The notes below the pieces were generated by a model that had not been told where the DNA came from, did not search any database, and saw only the letters and a list, made by a program, of their open reading frames with translations. Below, piece by piece: positions 24,828-38,481 of a stretch of DNA of 64,000 nucleotides. The stretch comes from Mobula birostris (Eukaryota). Numbering within the stretch: position 1 is the first letter of the stretch; each line of letters begins with the position of its first letter. The translations under genes and the position numbers were made by a program. The stretch covers positions 16,434,182-16,498,181 of the forward strand of contig NC_092398.1 in assembly GCF_030028105.1 (NCBI RefSeq). Direction: 5' to 3'.

Positions 24828-26403
24828 CAAACCCCATTTCCAGAAAAGTTGGGATATTTTCCAAAGTGCAATAAAAACAAAAATCTGTGATATGTTAATT
24901 CACGTGAACCTTTATTTAACTGACAAAAGTACAAAGAAAAGATTCAATAGTTTTACTGACCAACTTAATTGTATTTTGTAAATATACACAAATTATGAAT
25001 TTGATGGCTGCAACACACTCAACAAAAGCTGGGACAGAACTAAAATAAGATTGAAAAGTGCACAGAATATTCAAGTAACACCGGTTTGGAAGACTCCACA
25101 TTAAGCTGGCTAATTGGTAGCTGGTGAGGTAGCATGACTGGGTATAAAAGTAGCGTCCATCAAAGGCTCAGTCTTTGCAAGCAAGGATGGGTCGTGAGAG
25201 AATTGTTAGTCAGTTCAAAAGGAACATTTCTCAATGCGAGATTGCAGAGAATTTAGGTCTTTCAACATCTACAGTACATAATATTGTGAAAATATTCAGA
25301 TAATTCAGAGACATCTCAGTGCGTAAAGGGCAAGGTCGGAAACCACTGTTGAATGCGCGTGATCTTCGAGCCCTCAGGCGGCACTGCCTAAGAAAGAATC
25401 ATGCTACTGTGACAATTATAGCCACCTGGGCTCGGGAGTACTTCGGAAAATCATTGTCACTCAACACAGTCCGTCGCTGTATCCAGAAATGCAACTTGAA
25501 ACTGTATTATGCAAGGAGGAAGCCATACATCAACTCTATGCAGAAATGCCGGTGAGTTCTCTGGGCCCGAGCTCATCTCAGATGGACTGAAAGACTGTGG
25601 AACCATGTGCTGTGGTCAGATGAGTCCACACTTCAGCTAGTTTTCGTAAAAAAACAGGCGTCGAGTTCTCCGTGCCAAAGATGAAAACGACCATCCAGAT
25701 TGTTATCAGAGAAAGGTGCAAAAGCCAGCATCTGTGATGGTATGGGGGTGCATCAGTGCCCACGGCATGGGTGAGTTGCATGTATGTGAAGGTACCATTG
25801 ACTCTGAGGCGTATATTAGGATTTTAGAGAGACATATGTTGCCATTAAGGCAACGTCTCTTCCCGGGACGTCCATGCTTATTTCAGCAGGACAATGCCAG
25901 ACCACATTCTGCATGGGCTACAACAGCTTGGCTTTGTAGTCACAGAGTGTGTGTGCTTGACTGGCTTGCTGCCAGTACAGATCTATCTCCTATTGAAAAT
26001 GTATGGCGCATCATGAAGAGGAGAATCAAACAATGGAGACCACGAATTGTTGAGCAGCTGAAGTCTTATATCAAGCAAGAATGGACAAAATATCCAATTG
26101 CAAATCTACTACAATTAGTATCCTCAGTTCCAAAACAATTCAAAAGTGTTAGTAAAAGGAAAGGTGGTGTTACACAATGGTAAACATGCCCCTGTCCCAA
26201 CTTTTGTTGAGTGTGTTGCAGCCATCAAATTCTAAATTTGTGTATGTTTACAAAATAAAATTAAGTTGGTCAGTAAAACTACTGAAAATCTTTTCTTTGT
26301 ACTTTTGTCAGTTAAATAAAGGTTCACATGAATTAACATATCACAGATTTTTGTTTTTATTGCATTTTGGAAAATATCCCAACTTTTCTGGAAATGGGGT
26401 TTG
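24828..26403 (+). mobile_element. Tc1-family DNA transposon (DD34E), complete ends, disrupted transposase
   Basis: ~210-bp TIRs beginning CAAACCCCATTTCCAGAAAAGTTGGGA and a TA duplication. Motifs WSDES, FQQDNARPH and DLSPIEN, with 34 aa between D and E. Empty site CCATCTATTAAAACAGG at about 10657. Confidence 0.96.
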
Positions 26404-26492
26404 TATTAAAACAGGTATATTGAACTATAAGCAACACACATCAAAGTTGCCGGTGAACGCAGCAGGCCAGGCAGCATCTGTAGGAAGAGGTG

Positions 26493-26534
26493 CAGTCGAC
26501 GTTTCAGGCCCAGACCCTTCGTCAGGACTGACTG
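26493..26534 (-). ncRNA. Minimal hammerhead ribozyme motif with intact core
   Basis: Minus strand reads AGTC-CTGACGA-AGGGTCTGGGCCT-GAAACGTC-GACT. Confidence 0.8.
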
Positions 26535-27587
26535 AAGGAAGAGTGAGTAAGGGATTTGAAAGTTGGAGGGGGAGGGGGAGATCCAAAATGATAGGAGAAG
26601 ACAGGAGGGGGAGGGATGGAGCCAAGTGCTGGACAGGTGATAGGCAAAAGGGGATACGGGAGGATCATGGGACAGGAGGTTCGGGAAGAAAGACGGGTGG
26701 GGGGGAACCCAGAGGATGGGCAAGAGGTATATTCAGAGGGACAGAGGGAGAAAAAGGAGAGTGAGAGAAAGAATGTGTGCATAAAAATAAGTAACAGATG
26801 GAGTACAAGGGGGTGGTGGGGCCTTAGCGGAAGTTAGAGAAATCGATGGTCATGCCATCAGGTTGGAGGCTACCCAGACGGAATATAAGGTGTTGTTCCT
26901 CCAACCTGAGTGTGGCTTCATCTTTACAGTAGAGGAGGCCGTGGATAGACATGTCAGAATGGGAATGGGATGTGGATTTAAAATGTGTGGCTACTGGGAG
27001 ATCCTGCTTTCTCTGGCGTACAGAGCGTAGATGTTCAGCAAAGCGGTCTCCCAGTCTGCGTCGGGTCTCGCCAATATATAAAAGGCCACATCGGGAGCAC
27101 CGGACGCAGTATATCACCCCAGTCGACTCACAGGTGAAGTTTTGCCTCACTTGGAAGGACTGTTTGGGGCCTTGAATGGTGGTAAGGGAGGAAGTGTAAG
27201 GGAGCCACACTCAGGTTGGAGGAACAACACCTTATATTCCGTCTGGGTAGCCTCCAACCTGATGGCATGAACATCGACTTCTCTAACTTCCGCTAAGGCC
27301 CCACCTCCCCCTCGTACCCCATCTGTTACTTATTTTTATGCACACGTTCTTTCTCTCACTCTCCTTTTTCTCCCTCTGTCCCTCTGAATATACCTCTTCC
27401 CCATCGTCTGGGTTCCCCCCCCCCCTTGTCTTTCTTCCCGGACCTCCTGTCCCATGATCCTCTCGTATCCCCTTTTGCCTATCACCTGTCCAGCTCTTGG
27501 CTCTATCCCTCCCCCTCCTGTCTTCTCCTATCATTTTGGATCTCCCCCTCCCCCTCCAACTTTCAAATCCCTTACTCACTCTTCCTT

Positions 27588-27629
27588 CAGTTAGTCCTGA
27601 CGAAGGGTCTCGGACTGAAACTTCGACTG
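27588..27629 (+). ncRNA. Hammerhead motif with a mutated stem III
   Basis: AGTC-CTGACGA-AGGGTCTCGGACT-GAAACTTC-GACT. Confidence 0.65.
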
Positions 27630-28347
27630 CACCTCTTCCTACAGATGCTGCCTGGCCTGCTGCATTCACCAGCAACTTTGATGTGTGTTGCTTGAATTTC
27701 CAGCATCTGCAGAATTCCTGTTATATTGAACTATATTCTCCTTGGCATTGGACAAGTCACTTAGGTTACATCTAGGCTTGTGTATAAAATAAAGTGGCAG
27801 ATATTCCAGCCAATCAATTATTTAAACTTAAGGACATCAAAGTAGTGTTGCCTTTGGAAATATGAGCGATGAAAGCTATAAGTAAAATTTAAATTTCACC
27901 ATTGTGGCAACAAATTTTGGATAAGGAAAGTATGGCATTCATATCAAAATTATGTCGAGTTCCTCCACCATTTTTCCAGAATATCTTTTGATTAATTTTC
28001 GGAGAAATGAGCACAAATCTAAAGAGATTTTCTATCAGTTATTCAGCACGTTCGGCAGTAATGTTACAGACTAACCTTCAATATGGAACCGGAGTGAAAA
28101 TAAAATTGATCTCAACCATCTCTTCGGGGAACATACACACGCAGCAGAAAACTTCATAAAACCACCTCGGCACATCCCAGCTCGCTTTTTAAAAGAAAAA
28201 CAATAACCTGTAGAAGATAAATTAGTATGATATTCGTGTTTCTTTAAAAAGAACTTTCTCAGAAATCTTCCGCAGTCACAGCAAAACCCGAGTCCTTTCC
28301 TCCGCACTCATGGTATCCCAGGGGAACCCCTCTACGTACCTGTGAAT

Positions 28348-28669
28348 GGCTCTGAGTAGCCTTTGGGTAGCTGGGTTTCGTATTCGGACTCTTCACTTAC
28401 TGCCTCCGCCGTTTTTCTCGGTGCGGCCTGGTTATTGGGTAACACTCTACCCCTACATATGACGCGGGCCTTCTTGCTGTCCCTGGCCGCGTTGCCAGCC
28501 AGTTCAAGAATTTCAGCCGTTAGATCCTCGAGCACAGAAGCCAGTAAGTCCAAGACTTCGGCACCCAGTCGCTCTGCATAGTAGCCCTTTCTCAAGAACC
28601 TATTAACACGGCCCAAAGGAAACTGGGCCGGAGGCAAGCTTTCCTGCCTGTTTTACTTCATCGACTCAT
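28348..28669 (-). pseudogene. H2A: Histone H2A pseudogene, unit 3
   Basis: Begins [31 protein letters not shown]...[18 protein letters not shown] is recognisable. The stem-loop is damaged. Confidence 0.9.
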
Positions 28670-29252
28670 TTCAGCAAGATCAGGAACACCCAGACAAGGA
28701 GGAAATACCTCCGTCCCTTGGCCCTCTTGCATGTCTTGAGGGAATGCAGTGAGACTTCCATGATTGGTGCAATAGCGCATAAACTCAATGGAGAAAAAAA
28801 TTAACCAGTGAGAGTGCGGATTTCCAATCAAAATCAAAAGCACGGAAGTAACTGCTTACCCGCCGAAAATAAACTGAAACTGGAAAACAGCCCGCCAAAA
28901 ATTCTTTGTTCAAACCTAATCTAAAATCAAATCATTTGCAGATCAGCTTGTGGAATAATTCTCCGCATTAACCCATTACTGAAGTCTGCCATATTTAATG
29001 TTTGAGTGTAGCTAAAATTGAAGATCTGTCTGGGGATTTCATTTAACGATTTCCCAACTCAGAACAAAATTCGATTCTCAGTTATTGTCCCCGGTCAGAT
29101 ATTGTGTGAACTGCATCATATTACGACCGAGTTGCTCTTCTCAATCTACGGCTGGAGTTTAGACAAATTATTGGTTGAAGTACCGTCCGGTATTGAAATT
29201 GAATTCAGAGAACATGACGAAACAATGCAGCTCTGTTCATGAAAGGTTGAGT

Positions 29253-29268
29253 GGCTCTTAAAAGAGCC
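29253..29268 (-). promoter_or_regulatory. H2B 3' stem-loop
   Basis: GGCTCTTTTAAGAGCC, with HDE AACAGAGCTG at about 29228-29237. Confidence 0.95.
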
Positions 29269-29300
29269 TTAGGGTTTTCGGTTTGTTATGGCAGCACACT

Positions 29301-29672
29301 TCATTTGGAGCTGGTGTACTTGGTCACCGCTTTTGTCCCTTCTGACACAGCGTGCTTGGCCAGCTCCCCGGGCAGCAGCAAGCGCACTGCGGTCTGGATC
29401 TCCCGGGAGCTGATGGTCGACCGCTTGTTGTAATGGGCTAGGCGGGAAGCTTCGCCAGCGATGCGCTCGAAAATATCGGTCACGAACGAATTCATGATGC
29501 TCATAGCCTTGGATGAGATGCCGGTGTCGGGGTGAACCTGCTTCATCACTTTGTAGATATAGATGGCGTAACTCTCCTTCCTCAGCCTCCTGCGCTTCTT
29601 GCCAGACTTGCCTGATGGTTTCGGCAGCGCTTTCTTAGCGCCCTTCTTGGGAGCAGGCTTCTGATCGGGCAT
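29301..29672 (-). CDS. H2B: Replication-dependent histone H2B (123 aa; FVTDIF instead of FVNDIF)
   Basis: Intact ORF, promoter and stem-loop. Confidence 0.96.
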   Translation of the reverse strand: MPDQKPAPKKGAKKALPKPSGKSGKKRRRLRKESYAIYIYKVMKQVHPDTGISSKAMSIMNSFVTDIFERIAGEASRLAHYNKRSTISSREIQTAVRLLLPGELAKHAVSEGTKAVTKYTSSK

Positions 29673-32389
29673 TTCTTCTGTCCAGTTCAGACTAAAATAA
29701 GCAGAATAAGCAGAGCGCTGATTAAATAGGAAACGCTGCCGGCGGTATGCTAATCAAGGAATGGAGTTTGCGAGAATGTTCATTGGCTACACTGGGCGAC
29801 GAATCACCATCGAAATAACAACGTCAAATTCTATATTTGGATATCAGAAATTACAAATACTGTGGCTCGGTCCACCAATCAGAAGCCTCTCCCAGCCTAT
29901 TGACCCGGAACCTTGCCGGGAAGTGACCGTTCTTCGTGCCATTCATTGCGCTAGCAGGGTAAGAGGGTAAAGAGAAACAAAGGGGAACGTAAAATACAAA
30001 TGCAGATGAAAGGTTCAAATTAAATTTATTATCTAAGTACATATATTTCACCATCGAGAAGCATGATTCATTTTCTTGCGGGCATAAACAGACTGAGAAG
30101 AGTGTATGTCCTGGGCAGTGTTAAACTAATAATATTAGTTAGGCCGTCTCTGGAGTGGAGTCTAGTCCTCTTCTGGACTCGTATAAAATTCTAGTTAGGC
30201 CTCCTCGGATAAGAGCCTAAAGTCTAGTTAGGACTCCTGGGGATTTGAGCTAAAAGTCTAGTTAAGCCTTCTCTGGAGTGCTGTTCAAAAATCTAGGTCA
30301 GCCTTCTCAAAGTTGAAAGTTCAAAGTACATTTTATTATCAAAATATGTATAAATTATACAATCTTTGGATTTGTCTGCTTACAGGCAGCCACAATACCC
30401 AATTAAAAAAAAATCAACACCCAATCTACAGAGAGAGAAAAACATAAATCAATTCATGCAAACAATAAAGCAAGCATCAGATTTCAGAATGAAATGTGTT
30501 CATAAACCTGAAGCTGGAGAGGATTAGGGTATAAAAGTCCATTTCAGCCTCCACTGGAATACTACATTCAAGTCTGGTTGGGGCATTAGAGGAAAGAACT
30601 GAAGACTTTGGAGAGGATTCAGAATAGATTTAGGCTATAAGAACAGAAATACATCATGCAGTCCATAGATTTTGCTCTGTCATTCCATCATATCTGAGTT
30701 ATTAACCCTGTCAATCACACTCGTCAGCCTTCTCCCTGTAACCTTTGACTCCTGACTAATCAAGCACCTATCATATTCCAAAAATTCATCAATAACAATG
30801 GACTCCAACATCTACCCAACCACTGAAGTAACCACAGTATTGGCCAATGACTTGGCCTCCGCAGCTGTCTGTGACAATGAATTCCACTAAGTAACTACCT
30901 GCTGGCTCAAAAAAGTCCTCCTCATCTCTGTTCTCAATAGACATCTATCTCTTCTATGACTGTGCTATTTCTTTCTAGATTCACCCACTACAGGAAGCAT
31001 CCTCACCACATCTACTTTGTTCAGGCCTTTTAATATTTGATAGGTTTCAATAAGATCACCCCTCAGTCTTCCGAACCCCAATGAGTTGAAGCCCAGAGCC
31101 ATCAAATGCACAAAATACATTCACACTTTCACTCCTGGAATCATTCTTGTGAACCTCCTCTGGACCTTCTCGAACACCAGTGCAACTCTTCTTAGATAAT
31201 AAGCTAAAAACTACTCACAATATAGCAAGAGCAGTCTAACCAATGCCTTACAAAAAAAGCCTCAGCTGTACATCCTTGCTTTTATGTTCTCATTCTGTCA
31301 AAATGCATACTAGCATTCAATTTCCCTTCTTTAGCACTGGCTCAACTGGCAAGTTAGCCTTTACAGAATCCTGCACAAGTAGTTCCAATTCCCTTTGCAC
31401 CTCTGATTTTGAATCTTCTCCCTCTTTAGAAAATAGTCTATGTTTTATTTTTTTCTACCAAAGTACATGACCATACACTATATTGCATCTGCAACTTCTT
31501 TGTCTATTCTCCAAATCTCTCCAAGTCTTTTTGCAGACTCCTATCTTCTTCAAAACTTCCTGTCTCTCCACCTATATTTGTATCCGCCAATAATCTGGCC
31601 AAAAAGCCATCAATTACATCATCCAAGTCACTTACATATAACATGAGAAGTGGTGGTCTCATTGGTCACTGGCAGCTACCCAGAAAAGGCCTCCGTTGTT
31701 CCCATTCTTTGCCTCCTGCTCTTCACCCAATTTTCTATCCATACTAGTGCCTTTCCTATAAAACTGTGGGTTCATACCTTCTTAAGCAACCACACATTCA
31801 GCAACTTGCACAAGCCTTTCTGAAAATCCGAATTAACAGCACCTACTGACTCTCCTTTGTCTACTATGCCCCTTATGTCCTGAAAGAATTGCAACAGGTA
31901 TGTCAAGCAAAATTTCTTCTTTAGAAAACCCTGCTGACCTTGGCCTAGCTTATCATGTGCCTTCAAGTACCTCGAAAATTCATCAATAACAATGGACTCC
32001 AACATCTACCCAACCACTGAAGTTAGACTAATTGGTCTATAATTTCCTTCCTTCTGCTTCTCTCCCTTCTTAAAAATGGAATAACATTTTCAATTTTCCA
32101 GTCCTCTGGAACTATTCCTGAATCTAGTGATTCTTGAAAGATCATTATTAATGTCTCCACAATCTCCTCAATTAACTCTTTCAGAACCCATTTGTTCCAC
32201 TTGACTTATCTAACTTAAGACATTCCAATTGCCCAAGCACCTTCTCCCTCCAGTAGCAACTGCATTCACTTATGTCCCCTGACACTCCTCAATTTCCATC
32301 ATACTGCTACTTTCTTCTACAGTGAAGACTGATGCAAAATACAGTAATGATTTACTTGATCTGTAATCCCCTTGTCCCTCATTATTACC

Positions 32390-32700
32390 TGATATTGCTC
32401 ATTTCAGAATGGGTGCATGAAGCTGCTGGCCAGAGGAAACAGCAGTCTAATATAGGACAAGTGATGCAGACATCCAATTTTCTTAGTTTCACCCTTTTGT
32501 CAAATCCAATCTGATTCTTGCAATTGGATAATCTAATCAGAGGAACTGAATATGGACACAGGAAGCTTCAAGTAATGATCTGCTAAACCTGAGACCATTC
32601 TCAGACAAGTAGCCATTTGTTATATAATGGCATGGACTCTGATCTGATTCTTGATTCTGGGACAATCTAATCAGAGAAACCAACATGAGCCCATTCTCAG
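32390..32700 (+). mobile_element. Truncated U3 portion of the LTR seen at 8731
   Basis: Aligns by eye to 8731-9040, then joins sequence equivalent to about 10003. Confidence 0.65.
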
Positions 32701-35194
32701 TCAGCAGGGGTTAGCAATGGTTCATTTGTTAACATAAGGAGACATAAAGTTAGTTACCTAATATTGGCAACATTAGTAGAGTGTTGGGAGCATTTCATTC
32801 AGAAGGTCTTCAGTTCTGAGTGGATGGGAAATGTATGGGTACAAAATATTGGCTTGTATCATGTGAAATATGATCCCAGTGTACCCCTTTCTGTCACTCC
32901 ATGTATTTTCCCTGTGCTTGTGTTGATTTAAGCCTTCAAGAAAATATCATGATGAAGAATGATTGTATATCAGTAGCACAGGTATTTCAGTGATAGGTCA
33001 TTCAGGTGTTCCAGTTTTGTTCTGAAGTTTCAGGTGATTATTAAGAAAACAATTATCAGATAAAGTATCAGAATTCACATCAAGGATATTTGCTATCATT
33101 TCAGCCTTGAAATGGGTTGAAGCATGCCCCGATTCTGTACATCTGTGTTTTGATTATTTTTGGGTTTTCTTTATTATGTGAAGTGTTGTATGAAATTGGT
33201 GATCACAGACTTTCCATGATCATGACTGTTCTTAGCAAATTTTTCTACAGAGGTAGCTTGCCATTGCCTTCTTCTGGTCAATGCCTTTACAAGTTTCAGG
33301 TCTGCCATCTAGTAAAACAGGTATATTGAACCAATAATTCTTCTTTGGATTGGACAACAATCATGGAGGTTACAGGATCTAGGCTTGTGTATAAAATAAA
33401 GTGGCAAATGTTCTTGCCAACCAACCATTTAGACTTCAGGATATCATTATAATGTGGCCTTTGGAAATATGAGAGATGAAAACTATAATTAAAAGGTTAA
33501 TTTGATCACTGTGGCAACAAAGTTTTGATAATGAAAGGATGGCATTTACATCAGATGTATATAAAAGAGGGAAGAATTTATACTTACATTTTGGACATAC
33601 AAGGTTGAATAAATCCCTGTTTTCAATTAATATGGATTATGTGGGCATTTGTATAGAGAGCGTATTATGTATAGAAAGAGCTTGCCAAGAAATGGTGCAA
33701 CGTGCATTCTTTCAATACAGTTCCTATGAGGTGCAAAGGAAGCATCTAATTGCTAAATTGAGTTCTTTGGGACAAACACAATTTAACATGGAAGGCTTGT
33801 TAGATTATCACTGCCATTGTAATGTATGCAAGTCTATATTTGACATTCTGAAAAGCAATATAGATTTTGATATTATTTGTGTTTAAATTTTTGGAGGAAG
33901 AATTTAGTTGGTATACTTCCTGTCTCTTAATTCCACAATCCAACTCTGTAGGTGCTGTTATTGAACCTTATCTAACTCTGCCAGTCATCATTAAACCTAA
34001 CAAGGACAATTATCGGGCTTTTTTTTACTTCAGATACCCTCAGCCCAGTTTGATTGTAATAAATTTACGAGGTTTACAGTATATATTGATGAGGATAGTT
34101 TGTGAGTTTGACTCTACAATTTGAGGAGGAGAAAGTCGAGCTAGATCTGTCCATATTACAGTGGAGTAAATGGAATTACAGAGGGTCAAGTTGGGAGCTC
34201 ATCAAAGTCAAATGAAAGGTGGCACTAGCAGGGATGACAGCAGTACAGCAGTGACTGGAGTTTACGGGAGTAATTTGGAAGGCACAAAATAGATATATCG
34301 CAAAGTTGGAAAAGCAAGCTTTTTCTTCAGTATTTACTCTTCGCAATTGATGCTGTCTGGCCTGTTGAGATCCTTCAGCACTTTGTATGTGTTGCAAGCA
34401 TGTCAGGAAGATTCGTTGATTGGCAGAGAGCTGAGTAGGAATAAAGGAGGTCTTTTATGGTTGCCCGACCTTCTTAATAGCTGCTATTAAAATTATTAAC
34501 ACTTCCCTTGACTGCAATTTTTCCAGGTGCCTTCAAAACTGGGCTGTAAAATCCCTGCTTACTAACAACAGGCATAGATCAAAACTTCCCTTCTGGGGCA
34601 AGGTTCTTGAAAAATACACATTTGAACAACACAACTTTCTGAATGAGAGCAATATTCGAGAAATGTTTCAGTGTCCCTTATCAAAATTGTCAGCAACCTT
34701 ATGTTCAGCACTGAAAGCGGAGGAGTGTGAACATTCAGGTTAGAATTTGGAAACTGAGGGTAAAGCAAGTTTGTTTTAATTTGCAGAAAAAGGATGGTGG
34801 AGAAATTGATGGGATGAAATAAGTATCTGTGTATACCAGATCCAGCTGGATCAGGTTAATGGGGTTATCATTTTTACCAATTTCACATGATTCTAGTAGC
34901 AGAGATTCATTGATTCCCACTTTTCCAGAATGTTACAGCACTCTGACAGGCCATTTGACCCATTACATCGATATTTTGTCCTGTAGCCTGGGTAATTCAA
35001 GTGATTGACAAGACATTTCTAAATTACCATCAGCGACTCAGCTTTCACAACTCTCTCTGGTAGAGTGTTCCAGTTACCATCCCTCAAACTAATTCCCATG
35101 TCCTGCAGGTCTATCTACTCCTGATATGGGGGAAAAAAACACTCTGCAACCTACCCTAACTCTTCCCGTGATAATATTCTATACCTAAATCATC

Positions 35195-36570
35195 TTAAAG
35201 ATGCTTATGTGAGAATGTTGTTCTTGGACTACAGTTCAGCATTCAACACCATTGTTTCATCCAGGCTGGACAAGAAGCTCAGAGACACCAGCCTTAATCC
35301 TGTCTTGTGCAGCTGGATCCTGGACTGCCTGTCAGATTGCCAGCAGGTTACAAGTGTGGGCCCCTTCACTTTCACCCCTGTAACTCTCAACACAGTAGCC
35401 CCTGGGGGCTGCATACTGTCCCCTCCTTTACCCCTGTATACCATTGACTGTGTAGCCACCCACAGCTCTAATCTTCTAATTAAATTTGCCGATAACACTA
35501 AATTGATTGGCCGAATCTCAAACAATAAAGAGGTGGCATACAGGGAAGGAGTTATCCCTTCTTCACAGGAGCCTCAAGAAAGCTGACATTACCCCATCAA
35601 CATGGGAGGATCTGGCTCAAGATCACTCACAGTGGAGGGACGTCATCAGAAAAGATGTGGCTGCTGCTGAGAACAAGCTCAACGAGGCACAGGAAGCACC
35701 ACAACAAAGCTTCTGACCCTGCTGCCCCTCCAGGCCTCACCTGCAAAGTTTGTGGCAAGCACTGCCTGTCAAGGATCAGCCTGTACAGCCACTCCAGGAC
35801 ACACATATCAAACCCCTCTAACTGACTGAAAGGAACCATCATCATCCTATGGGATGGATAGCCAGAGAGAGAGAGAGAGAGAGAGAGAGCATCCGTCTGA
35901 CACAGTGGTGCAAGAAAAGAACCTCTCCCTCACGTCACAAAAACAAAGGAGCTGGTTGTGGATTACAGGATGAATGGAGACGGGCTAACCCCTATTGACA
36001 TCAATGGATCTGGGGTTGAGAGGGTAAACAGCTTCAGTTCCTTGGCATCCACATCACCGAGGACCTCACGTGGCCTGTGCACACCAGCTGTGTGGTGAAA
36101 AAGGCACAACGGACGGTTGCGAAAGTTTGGTATGGGCCCCCAAATCCCAAGAACTTTCTACAGGGGCACAAGTGAGAGCATCCTGACTGGCTGCATCACT
36201 GCCTGGTATGGGAACTGTACCTCCCCTAATCGCAGGACTCAACAGAGAGTTGTGCGCACAGCCCAGCGTATCTGTAATTGTGAACGTGCCATGATTCAGA
36301 ACATTTACAAGGACAGGTGTGTTAAAGGGGCCCGTAGGATCATTGGGGACTCAAGCCATCCCGACCACAATCAGTTCCAGCTGCTACCATCCAGGAAGCG
36401 GTTCTGCAGACTGATGAACTCACGCTGATTTGTGTGTACTCTACACTGACAGTTCTATTTATTATAAATTACTGATTCCACATTGCACATTTAGATGAAA
36501 ACGTAACGTAAAGATTTTTACTCCTCATGAATGTGAAGGATGTAAGAAATAAAGTGAATTTAATTCAATC
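35195..36570 (+). mobile_element. Rex1/Babar LINE fragment with a nested RTE-type 3' end (about 35553-35889, (GA)n tail)
   Basis: RMLFLDYSSAFNTI, LIKFAD and ESILTGCITAWYG. The nested piece reads TWEDLAQDHSQWR and CKVCGKHCLSRISLYSH. Confidence 0.85.
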
Positions 36571-37533
36571 TCCCCTCTTTAGCAGGGATCAGTGCTTGGG
36601 CAGTGTCTGTTTGTCATTACGTCAACGATCTGGATGACAATACTATAACAAAATCAACAAATTTGCGGATTGGCCCTAAGATTGGGGATGTAGCGGACAA
36701 CGAAGAAGCTTTTGAAGCTTGCAGTGTGATCTGGGAATTATTCGGTAAGGTGATGTCACAGGTAGCGAGCCCATAGAGAGAACTCTAGGCGCATTGGCCT
36801 TCATAAATCAAAACATTGAGTGCAGAAGTTGGGATGTTATGCTGAAGTTGAATAACACATTGATAAGGCCTAATTTAGAGTACTATGTGCAGTTCCGGTC
36901 ACCTACCTACAGTTTAACATCTGCCCCAGAAAACATTTGAGGCTCTAACAAAGAGAGGCGGTAGTGAAGATGAGGCAATGAGGGGAGATTATGGGAGTAA
37001 ATGCATTTTTGCAAGTTAACTATGCAACTAAGCATGTTCTCTAAATGTTCACAGACAAAAGAATATTATCTGAAGAGGCTGAAAGATTAATAGCTTTTAC
37101 ATTTGCTGCCCGAGCTGTGTTTTACCTGAATTTCAGGACTCCGGTCTCCGCGTTTGTTCTTTTTCCAGAATATCAGTGATTAATTTTCGGAGAAATGAGT
37201 ACAAATCTTAAGAATTTTTATATCAGTTATTCAGGACGTTCGGTAGTAATGTTACAGACTGACCTACCATATGGAACCAAAGTGAAAATAAAATTGATCC
37301 CAACCATCTCTCCGGGGAACATACACAACAAAAAACCTCCCCAGCTCCGGAAGCAATTCAGAAAACCACCTCGGTTTGTTTAGAAAAAAAAACTGTAGAA
37401 AATAAATTAGAATGATTTTCGTGTTTCTCTAAAAAGAAATTCCTCAGATATTTTTCGCAGTGACAGGGAAACCCAGTCCTTTCCTCAGCACTCATGGTAT
37501 GCGCAGGACAGCCCCTTCACAGACACTGTGAGT

Positions 37534-37939
37534 GGCTCTGAAAAGAACCTTTAGGTAAGGGGGTTTCATATTCTATCCCCTCACTTGCTAGTTCCGCCGG
37601 TTTTCTTGGGCAACAACACGGCCTGGATCTAGGTTAACACTCCACCCTGGGCAATCGGCATTCCATCCAGCAACTTGTTTAGCTTCTCGTCTTTGTGGTC
37701 TGCCAGCTGCAGATGCCTGGGGATGATGCGGGTCTTTTTGTTGTCCCGGGCCACGTTGCCGGCCAACTCAAGGATTTCAGCCGTCAGATACTCGAGCACA
37801 GCGGCCAGAAGAACCAAGGCTCCGACACCCACCCGCTCAGCATAGTTGCCCTTTCTCAAGAGCCTATGAACACCACCCAATGTGAACTGCAGTCCGGCCC
37901 GGAACGAGCTTTCCCACCGGTTTTTCTTTATCCACTCCT
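37534..37939 (-). pseudogene. H2A: Histone H2A pseudogene, unit 4 (least decayed)
   Basis: [15 protein letters not shown]...[13 protein letters not shown]...GGVLT*. ATG is changed to AGG, there is an N-terminal deletion, and the stem-loop has one mismatch. Confidence 0.92.
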
Positions 37940-38433
37940 CTCAACGAGATCAGCACACAGAGAATGAGGAAATGTTTCCGGCCGTCGGCCTTCTTGTATT
38001 TCCTGCGGGGATGCCATGAAACATTTAGGATTGGTACAACAACGCTTAATCTCATTGGAGAGAGCTAATAAACCAATGAGAGAGCCGACTTATTTACCAA
38101 TCAAAATCAAAAGCGCGGAAGTAACTGCTTACCCGCCGAAAATTAACTGAAACTTGAAAACAGCCCGCCAAAATCCTTTGTTGAAAATTAGTCAAACCAT
38201 TGCAGATATTTGTCGATTAATTCTCTGCATTATTCCATTACTGAAGTTCGCCACATCTAATGTTTGAGAGTAGCTAATATTACAGAAGTGTCTGGAGATT
38301 TCATTGCTCTTCTCAAATTATGGTTGGAATTTTGCGTAGTTTTAACAAATTATAGGTGAAAGAACCATTTGGCATTGAAATCGGATTCACAGAACATGAC
38401 CAGATATGCAGCTCTGTTAACGATATAGTGAGT

Positions 38434-38449
38434 GGCTCTTAAAAGAGCC
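38434..38449 (-). promoter_or_regulatory. H2B 3' stem-loop
   Basis: GGCTCTTTTAAGAGCC, with HDE at about 38409-38418. Confidence 0.95.
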
Positions 38450-38481
38450 TTTGGGTTTTCGGTTTGTTTTGGCAGCACTCT

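Larger units (their letters stand above)
26430..27721. mobile_element. Penelope-like element inserted as an inverted pair (minus arm about 26430-27200, plus arm about 27202-27721)
   Basis: GIY-YIG ORF 26824-27210 (CSRCGLLYIGETRRRLGDRFAEH); 14-bp TSD TATATTGAACTATA at 26416 and 27722. Confidence 0.93.
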
